A stretch of DNA of 13,333 bases, taken from NCBI GenBank assembly GCA_023406985.1, contig JAEXTK010000293.1, positions 1 through 13,333 of the forward strand, read 5' to 3'. Shown here piece by piece: positions 7,541 to 13,333 of the stretch. How positions within the stretch are numbered: the first letter of the stretch is position 1; the number at the start of each line of letters is the position of its first letter. The notes under the pieces are model-generated. The model ran no database searches, was not told the origin of the DNA, and saw nothing but the letters and a program-made list of their open reading frames with translations. Origin of the DNA: Spirochaetota bacterium. GTDB taxonomy: Bacteria; Spirochaetota; Spirochaetia; Treponematales; Breznakiellaceae. Position numbers and translations under genes: made by a program.

Positions 7541-7541
7541 C

Positions 7542-8720
7542 ATGTGGTCGTTTCGGAAAAACAGCGAAGAGCCTCTCGTCCATAACCCCCGGCGCCCCGA
7601 ACGCCGCGTTGATTTCTCCATCAACGCCGTCGGCCTCATCCTCTTCTGCGCCCTCGTCGTCTTCACGCTGGCCGCCCGCCTCCTCGCGGGAGCGCGGCCG
7701 TCCGCCCTCGATTTCGGCGCCCTCGTCGCGACGCCGGTCGCCACGGTCGCCGTCATGTCGCTCTTCCCCCGCTGGGTCACCGCCGTGAAGTTGTTGATCC
7801 TGGTCGCCTGCGCGGGCGCGGCGTGGGCCCTCGTCGACTCGGGCCTGCTCCTCGCCTTCGCCGCGGCGGGCGCCCTGCTGGCGCCGGCGGTCCAGAAGCT
7901 GGAAGAATGGGAGCGGGCCATCGTCCTCCGCTTCGGCCGCTTCCACCGCGTCCGGGGGCCGGGGCTCTACCTGCTCCTGCCCTTCGCCGATCGCGCGGCC
8001 AAGACCGTGGACCTCCGCATCCGGGTGACCGACTTCAGCGCCGAGACCACCCTGACCCGGGACTCGGTCACGGTGACCGTGGACGCCCTCTGCTTCTGGC
8101 TCGTCTGGGACGCCGAGAAGGCGGTCCTGGAAGTCCAGGACTACGAGGAGGCCGTGGTGCTGTCCGCCAAGACGGCCCTCCGCGCCGCCATCAGCCGGAA
8201 CAACCTCACCGCCTTCCTGGAGCAGGGGAACGAGATCGAGAACCAGATCCGCGCGGACGTGGATATGAAGACCACCGAGTGGGGCATCACCGTCCAGCAC
8301 ATCGAGATCACCGATATCCAGATACCCGAGCAGCTGCAGGACTCCCTCTCCCGCCTCGCCCAGGCGGAGCGGGAAAAGATGGGGCGCGTGCTCCTGGCCG
8401 AGGCGGAGATCGAGATCGCCCATCGCCTGGAGACCGCGGCCAAGATCTACGAAAAGAACGACCTCGCCATGAAGCTCAAGACCCTCTCCATCCTCAACGA
8501 GGGCCTCAAGGCGGGCAATTCCATGATGCTCGTCCCCAACTCGATCACCGAAGAATTGAAATCGAAGGACCTTTTCGGCCTGCAGGCGCTCACCGAGACG
8601 CGGCTCCACGCGGAAGGCAAGCGGCCGCGGAATCGCGCCGGCCAACCCTCCAGTAACGCACCGGGGCGGCCGCAGGATGTATCTTCCGAACCCAAGGAGG
8701 ACGGCCATGACCGTCGTTAA
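7542..8720 (+). CDS. SPFH/band-7 (stomatin/prohibitin/HflK-like) membrane protein with a 4-TM N-terminal region and a disordered basic C-terminal tail
   Basis: SPFH core: EEWERAIVLRFGRFHRVRGPGLYLLLPFADRAAKTVDLRIRVTDFSAETTLTRDSVTVTVDALCFW...ISRNNLTAF...DVDMKTTEWGITVQHIEITDIQIPEQLQDSL...AQAEREK. It is followed by a coiled-coil (AEAEIEIAH). Four hydrophobic helices precede the SPFH domain. GGAGG lies 6 nt before the ATG. The ATG sits 1 nt after the GntR stop. Confidence 0.8.
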   Translation: MWSFRKNSEEPLVHNPRRPERRVDFSINAVGLILFCALVVFTLAARLLAGARPSALDFGALVATPVATVAVMSLFPRWVTAVKLLILVACAGAAWALVDSGLLLAFAAAGALLAPAVQKLEEWERAIVLRFGRFHRVRGPGLYLLLPFADRAAKTVDLRIRVTDFSAETTLTRDSVTVTVDALCFWLVWDAEKAVLEVQDYEEAVVLSAKTALRAAISRNNLTAFLEQGNEIENQIRADVDMKTTEWGITVQHIEITDIQIPEQLQDSLSRLAQAEREKMGRVLLAEAEIEIAHRLETAAKIYEKNDLAMKLKTLSILNEGLKAGNSMMLVPNSITEELKSKDLFGLQALTETRLHAEGKRPRNRAGQPSSNAPGRPQDVSSEPKEDGHDRR

Positions 8721-9432
8721 CGCAAGAGACCTCGTGAAGGATTATTCCCTCAACGGGATTACGGTGAACGCCCTGCGGGGCGTGAGCCTCTCGTTCGAGG
8801 CGGGCGAGTTCGCCGCCGTGGCCGGCCCCTCGGGGAGCGGGAAATCGACCTTCCTGCACCTCGTCGGCTGCCTGGACACGCCGACGGCGGGCTCCATCTC
8901 CATAGACGGCACCGACGTGGCGTCCTTGAGCCGGAAGGACCTGGCCCTGCTCCGCAGGCGGAGCATCGGCTTCATCTTCCAGGCCTACAACCTCATCCCG
9001 GTGCTGACCGCCCTGGAGAACGTTTCCCTGCCGCTCACGCTGCTCGGCGTGGACCGGGAGGAGACGCGCGGCAGGGCGGAGCGGGCGCTCGCGGACGTGG
9101 GCCTGGCCGACATGGGGAAGCGCAAGCCCAAGGAGATGTCGGGCGGCCAACAACAGCGCGTCGCCATAGCCCGCGCGCTCGTGAAGCGGCCGGCCCTCAT
9201 CCTGGCCGACGAGCCCACGGCGAACCTGGACTCCAAGACCGGCAAGGAGATCCTGGAGCTCATGCTCGACCTCAACCGGACCGCGGGCACGACCTTCATC
9301 TTCTCCACCCACGACAAGATGGTCATGGAGTACGCGCGGCGCCTCGTGCTCCTCAAGGACGGAAGGGTGGATGCGGAGACGGTGCGGGACGCGGCAGGCG
9401 CGGAGGCCGTAGCCGCGGGAGCCGCGCGATGA
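8707..9432 (+). CDS. ABC transporter ATP-binding protein, LolD/MacB-NBD/FtsE-like
   Basis: Walker A GPSGSGKST. Q-loop IGFIFQ. Signature MSGGQQQRVAIARAL. Walker B LILADEPTANLD. H-loop FSTHD. I chose the start at 8707 (AAGGAGG 6 nt upstream) over the ORF-track start at 8677. The CDS overlaps the SPFH gene 3' end by 14 nt. Confidence 0.9.
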   Translation: MTVVNARDLVKDYSLNGITVNALRGVSLSFEAGEFAAVAGPSGSGKSTFLHLVGCLDTPTAGSISIDGTDVASLSRKDLALLRRRSIGFIFQAYNLIPVLTALENVSLPLTLLGVDREETRGRAERALADVGLADMGKRKPKEMSGGQQQRVAIARALVKRPALILADEPTANLDSKTGKEILELMLDLNRTAGTTFIFSTHDKMVMEYARRLVLLKDGRVDAETVRDAAGAEAVAAGAAR

Positions 9433-11159
9433 CCGCCGCGGCGTTCCGGGACCTCGCGGGGATGGCGCTCCGCAATCTCGCGCGGCATAAGGTCAAGACG
9501 ATCATCACGACCATCGCCGTGGCCATCAGCGTCGCCCTCTACATCTTCATGGACGCGTGGCTGCTCGGCATGAACCTGGACTCCCGCCGGAACATCGTCT
9601 CCTACGAGATCGGCGCCGCGAAAGTCCAGAAGGCCGCGTACTTCGACAAGAAGGACGAGCTGCCCATGTACGAGAGTTTCGGCGGCTGGGAAGAGCTCGC
9701 GGCCGCGCTCGCCGCGGCGGGGTACGATTCGGCGCCCCGCTTCGTGTTCACGGGCACCCTCTACTCCCGCTCGGGTACCGCGCCCATCGTGTTCAACGCC
9801 GTGGACGTGGAGCGGGAGGCGAAGCTCCTCCGCTACCCCGCCTACCTCGAGTCCGGCCGCTTCCCCGCCGCGGGAAAGCGCGAAATCGCCATCGGCACCT
9901 TCGCGGCGGAGAAGCTCCGCGTCGGCATCCCGACCCGGCCCACCCGCGACGAATTCGAGGACGACCTCCTCGCCGCGGCCGCGACCGCGGAGGACGCGGC
10001 CTTCGTCCGGAGCCTCTACGGGCCGCCGCCGCCGCCCAAGAAGCAGGCCTTTTCCAACCCTGATCCCGCTTTGCGCTCGCTCGCGGCGGAGAAGCTCGCC
10101 CTCAAGGAGGGCGCGACCGCCGCTGAACTCGACCGCCTCTGGCGCATCCTCTCGGAATCCGGCCGCATGGATGTCCGCATCGCCACCACCATCGACCTCA
10201 AGGCCGCCCCGGAAATCATCCGCAAGGAAAAGTTCGAGGGGGAACTCCTCGCGAAACTAGAAGGGAGCGCCCGCGAGCGGCTCCGCGCCGCCTACGCGGC
10301 GGACGAGATCACCGGGGACTACCGCCTCGTCGCCGTCGACGAGGCGGAGGTGGCCGCGGTACTCGCGGATCTGCTGGCGATCGACTTCTCGGGGGCCGTA
10401 CGGCACGTGAACCAGCTCGTGGACGCCGTAGTCGTCGGCGTCGTCAACTCGCCCAACCCCAAGACGAACGGCAACGTCGCCTTCCTGCCCCTGGACGCCT
10501 TGCAGGACGAATCGGGCCTCATGCTCCAGGGCGCGGCGACCGAGCTCCTCGTGCGGAAGGCCGGCGCGGACGACGCGCGCCTGCCGGGCAGGGACGAGTC
10601 GGCGGAGGCGATCGAGGCGGCCCTCGCCTCCCGCCTGGGGGGGAAGCTCCCGGAAGGCCTCGTCGTGCGGCCCTGGATCGATTATGTATCCGATTACCTC
10701 GCGGCCGCGGCGGGCGACAACGTGTCCTCGCGGGTCATGATCTTCTTCCTCTTCGTCCTCTCCTTCATCGGGATCGCCAACACCATGCTCATGGCCATCC
10801 TGGAACGGACCAAGGAGACGGGCATGCTCCGCGCCCTCGGCATGACGGACGGCCAGGTCCTCCTGGCCTACGTGCTGGAGGCCGCCTGCATCGGCGCCCT
10901 CGGATCCGCGGTCGGCATCGTCGCGGGGTGCCTCATGAACATCCCGATGGTGGAACACGGCATCGATTATTCGGCGATGTCCAAGGAATTGGGCGGCGAC
11001 TTCGGCTACCGCATCACCGCGTTCTTCCGATCCGCCTGGAATCCCCCGGCCATCGCGCTCACCGGCGTCTTCGCGACCCTGCTCTCCGCGGCGGCCGCGA
11101 TCCTGCCCACCCGCAGGGCCCTCAAGATGCCCGTGACCGACAGCCTGCGGTTCGAATAG
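9429..11159 (+). CDS. FtsX/MacB/LolC-E-type ABC permease with a ~380-aa periplasmic domain between TM1 and TM2
   Basis: N-terminal LRNLARHKVKTIITTIAVAISVALYIF (TM1). C-terminal 3-TM FtsX block: ...MIFFLFVLSFIGIANTMLMAILERTKETGMLRALGMTDGQVLLAYVLEAACIGALGSAVGIVAG... The start overlaps the ATPase stop (ATGA). Confidence 0.85.
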   Translation: MTAAAFRDLAGMALRNLARHKVKTIITTIAVAISVALYIFMDAWLLGMNLDSRRNIVSYEIGAAKVQKAAYFDKKDELPMYESFGGWEELAAALAAAGYDSAPRFVFTGTLYSRSGTAPIVFNAVDVEREAKLLRYPAYLESGRFPAAGKREIAIGTFAAEKLRVGIPTRPTRDEFEDDLLAAAATAEDAAFVRSLYGPPPPPKKQAFSNPDPALRSLAAEKLALKEGATAAELDRLWRILSESGRMDVRIATTIDLKAAPEIIRKEKFEGELLAKLEGSARERLRAAYAADEITGDYRLVAVDEAEVAAVLADLLAIDFSGAVRHVNQLVDAVVVGVVNSPNPKTNGNVAFLPLDALQDESGLMLQGAATELLVRKAGADDARLPGRDESAEAIEAALASRLGGKLPEGLVVRPWIDYVSDYLAAAAGDNVSSRVMIFFLFVLSFIGIANTMLMAILERTKETGMLRALGMTDGQVLLAYVLEAACIGALGSAVGIVAGCLMNIPMVEHGIDYSAMSKELGGDFGYRITAFFRSAWNPPAIALTGVFATLLSAAAAILPTRRALKMPVTDSLRFE

Positions 11160-11168
11160 GAGTCCTCT

Positions 11169-12443
11169 ATGGAAAAGACCGTAACCGAGCGCGGCGGAAT
11201 CGCCGCCCTCGTCACGATAGCGTACCGGAACATCTGGCGGAACGGCCGGCGGACCGCGCTCTGCGTCGTCGCCGTGGCCATCGCCGTCTTCTTCAACATC
11301 TTCATGGGATCCTGGATGGACGGCATGATGACGGGCATCGAGGAGGTCGTGCGGACCTACGAGACGGGCCACGTCAACGCGGTGACCGAAAAGTTCGAGG
11401 AGGATCGGGAATACTACCCGGTCCAGTTCCCCATTGCCGGCGGCCGCGCCTCCGACGAACTCGTCGCCGAGCTGGAGGCCATCCCCGGGGTGCAGGCCGC
11501 CCTGCCGCGGATCACCGCCTACGCGACCCTCTTCGACAGCAACGTGAAGCACGCCCTCCTCTGGGGCGTGGACATCGAAAAGGAGCGGAAGGTCAACCAT
11601 CTCAACCTCACCGACCGCGACGACGGCCTCGTTTCGGGGCGCTTCCCCGCGGCGGGGGCGAACGAGTGCATGATCGGCGCCGAGATGGCGCGGAAAACCG
11701 GCCTCGGCGTGGGGGACCGCCTACCCTTCAAGACCGTATCCGCCCAGTTCTCGGACAAGTACCTGAGCCCGGCCATCGTCGGCATCTTCGAATTCGATTA
11801 CCGCAAATTCGACGAGGACGTCGTCCTCCTTCCCCTGGACCGGTTGCAGCGCATCCTCGTGCTCGACGGCGGAACCCAGCAACTGTTCGTCTACGCCGAC
11901 GACGCCCGCGAGAGCGCGCGGATCAAGGTCCAGGTGGAGAAGGTCTTGGGAGAAGGCCACGTCGTGCGGGAATGGGGGGACAACTACTGGGTCGCCATGA
12001 TGCGGCAGAGTTCCTTCATGTTCCTCATCATCTTCGGCGTGTTCCAGATCGTGGCCAGTTTCCTCATCATCAACACGGTCCTCATGGTGATCCACGAACG
12101 CATCAAGGAGATCGGCATGATGGGCGCGCTCGGGATGACCCGGCGCGAGATCGTGCTCGTCTTCTTCTTCGAGGCGGTGTTCCTGAGCGTGTTCGGGGCG
12201 CTCGCGGGCTGCGCCGTCGGGGGCCTCGTGACGCGGATCGGGTCCTACTTCCCCATCGACATGCAAGTCTTCACCGGCGGCGGCATGAAGGACATGCCGG
12301 TCTCCGGCACCATCTTCCTGGATTTCTCGCCCGCGGGCATCGGCCGGAGTTTCCTCTTCGGGGTGGCGGTCTCGGGGGCGTGCACGCTCATCCCCTCGCT
12401 CAAGAGCGCCTTCATCGAACCCGTGGAAGCCCTCCGCCGTTGA
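11169..12443 (+). CDS. Second FtsX/LolC-E-type ABC permease (approx 225-aa periplasmic domain)
   Basis: TM1 is ALCVVAVAIAVFFNIFMGSW. FtsX block: FMFLIIFGVFQIVASFLIINTVLMVIHERIKEIGMMGALGMTRREIVLVFFFEAVFLSVFGALAGCAVGG. SD AGGAG lies 6 nt upstream. A 9-nt gap separates it from the preceding permease. Confidence 0.85.
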   Translation: MEKTVTERGGIAALVTIAYRNIWRNGRRTALCVVAVAIAVFFNIFMGSWMDGMMTGIEEVVRTYETGHVNAVTEKFEEDREYYPVQFPIAGGRASDELVAELEAIPGVQAALPRITAYATLFDSNVKHALLWGVDIEKERKVNHLNLTDRDDGLVSGRFPAAGANECMIGAEMARKTGLGVGDRLPFKTVSAQFSDKYLSPAIVGIFEFDYRKFDEDVVLLPLDRLQRILVLDGGTQQLFVYADDARESARIKVQVEKVLGEGHVVREWGDNYWVAMMRQSSFMFLIIFGVFQIVASFLIINTVLMVIHERIKEIGMMGALGMTRREIVLVFFFEAVFLSVFGALAGCAVGGLVTRIGSYFPIDMQVFTGGGMKDMPVSGTIFLDFSPAGIGRSFLFGVAVSGACTLIPSLKSAFIEPVEALRR

Positions 12444-12474
12444 GGCCGGGCCATCGCAGCACAAGGAGAATGAT

Positions 12475-13245
12475 ATGAACGATACGTTTCGCGGTATTCC
12501 CCGCATGAACTTCCCGGCGGCGGCCGCCGTCTTGACGCTCGCGTTGATCGCCTTCCCTGCGGCGGCCGCCCCGACCGCGGCCGAGCTGCTCGCGAAGGTG
12601 GACGAGAACGAGGTGTACGACAGCATCGCCTACAAGGGCGAGATGATCATCGAGTACCAGGGCAAGCGCTTCGTCAAGAAGTTCGAGGCGGCCGGGAACG
12701 GCGAACAGGACAGCTTCGTGGAGTTCGTGAACCCCGAGGACAAGGGGACCAAGTACCTCAAGAAGGACGGACGGCTCTACGTGTATTCGCCCGATACCGA
12801 AGAGGTCATGCTCATCTCCGGCCATCTGCTCAAGGAATCGATGATGGGTTCGGACATGTCGTACGAGGATACGATCGACAACGAGAAACTGTCGGCCCGC
12901 TACGTCCCGACGCTCGCGGGCACGGAAGCCTACGAGGGGAGGCAGGCCTACCTCCTGGACCTCGCGGCCAAGAAGAAGACGGAGAGCTATCCGCGGCAGA
13001 AGCTCTGGATCGATACGGAGACGGGCGACCTCCTCCACTATGAGCTCTTCGCCCTCTCGGGCGCCAAGCTCAAGGAGTACAAGCTCATCCGCGCCGAGCT
13101 CATCGGGAAGCGCCGCTTTCCCGTGGAGGGAGAGATGCGCGACCTCCTCCGCAAGGGCAGCCGCACCCTCTTCCGCATGTACGACGTGAAGCTGGACGTC
13201 GCCATCCCCGACTCCACCTTCAGCCTCAGGAACCTGGAACGATGA
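12475..13245 (+). CDS. Secreted LolA-like / outer-membrane lipoprotein-sorting-protein-like periplasmic protein
   Basis: Signal peptide MNFPAAAAVLTLALIAFPAAAAP with no lipobox Cys, so it is soluble periplasmic. ~230-aa mature beta-rich domain with alternating hydrophobic/polar strands (YKGEMIIEYQGKRFVKKFEAAG...KLWIDTETGDLLHYELFALSGAKLKEYKL). This matches the LolA-like family commonly encoded next to FtsX permeases. SD AAGGAGA is 5 nt upstream. Confidence 0.65.
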   Translation: MNDTFRGIPRMNFPAAAAVLTLALIAFPAAAAPTAAELLAKVDENEVYDSIAYKGEMIIEYQGKRFVKKFEAAGNGEQDSFVEFVNPEDKGTKYLKKDGRLYVYSPDTEEVMLISGHLLKESMMGSDMSYEDTIDNEKLSARYVPTLAGTEAYEGRQAYLLDLAAKKKTESYPRQKLWIDTETGDLLHYELFALSGAKLKEYKLIRAELIGKRRFPVEGEMRDLLRKGSRTLFRMYDVKLDVAIPDSTFSLRNLER

Positions 13246-13333
13246 GGGCGCGCGATCGTTTCGGCGCGGCGGCGCGCGGCGCGGCCCCCCGCACCCTTCT
13301 CGCGGCCCTGGTCCTGGCCACGGCGGCGGGCCC
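13242..13333 (+). CDS. 5' end of a gene encoding a putative exported protein, truncated by the window end
   Basis: The ATG overlaps the LolA-like stop (ATGA). The N-terminus MRARDRFGAAARGAAPRTLLAALVLATAAG looks like a signal peptide. Only 30 codons are visible. Confidence 0.3.
   Translation, partial: MRARDRFGAAARGAAPRTLLAALVLATAAG

Noticed and set aside
8677-8706. ORF-track start of the ABC ATPase at 8677 (MYLPNPRRTA-)
   Set aside because: There is no SD before 8677. AAGGAGG lies 6 nt upstream of the ATG at 8707. MTVVNARDLVKDY matches the usual NBD N-terminus.
7527-8708. 393-aa minus-strand ORF antisense to the SPFH gene, and the overlapping 7823-8656 plus-strand alternative-frame ORF
   Set aside because: Translations are Arg/Gly/Pro/Asp-rich nonsense. 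The sense frame has an unambiguous SPFH domain with SD and translational coupling.
10257-12626. Long ORFs on the minus strand (10257-11600, 11721-12626) and in an alternative plus frame (10928-12478) overlapping the two permease genes
   Set aside because: The permease frames carry canonical FtsX motifs. The alternatives are compositionally biased (R/G/H/D/P) with no start context. They are shadow ORFs.
1-13333. Mobile element, prophage or defence-island signatures
   Set aside because: I found no transposase, integrase, recombinase, terminal inverted repeats, tRNA attachment site or drop in GC content. Codon bias is uniform across the window, so it looks like native chromosome.

Overview
This is a high-GC (about 70%) bacterial chromosomal window with strong GC3 codon bias and no tRNA, rRNA, CRISPR, IS element or integrase signatures. 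I call twelve CDSs (eleven complete plus one 3'-truncated at the window end), and they tile almost the whole window.

Genes on the minus strand at the left end are a PhnB-like VOC-fold protein and a CheY-receiver/AraC-HTH response regulator. A soluble GAF / HisKA_2 / HATPase histidine kinase is transcribed divergently from the regulator, followed by a methyl-accepting chemotaxis protein with a polytopic N-terminal domain and an EamA/DMT permease. An alpha/beta-hydrolase lies convergent to the permease.

The most notable region is 7108-13333. It holds a translationally coupled seven-gene plus-strand cluster, probably one operon. Its genes are a YtrA-type GntR repressor, a 4-TM SPFH/band-7 protein, a LolD/MacB-like ABC ATPase, two FtsX-type permeases (the first with an enlarged periplasmic domain), a LolA-like periplasmic carrier, and a signal-peptide protein truncated at the window end. 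I read it as a GntR-gated, SPFH-associated paralogue of the LolCDE/LolA lipoprotein-trafficking module, or an envelope-stress extractor analogous to ytrEF. The GntR gene sits behind a TTGACA-17-TAGCAT promoter that gives an essentially leaderless transcript. The promoter is overlaid by three copies of ATTGTACTA, one of which forms a perfect 9-6-9 palindrome across the start codon.

Other notable items are a six-copy 14-bp tandem repeat with a palindromic core at the response-regulator 3' end, back-to-back divergent promoters for the regulator/kinase pair, and an atypical pairing of a YesN-like regulator with a HisKA_2 kinase. All family assignments come from reading motifs by eye. No searches were run.
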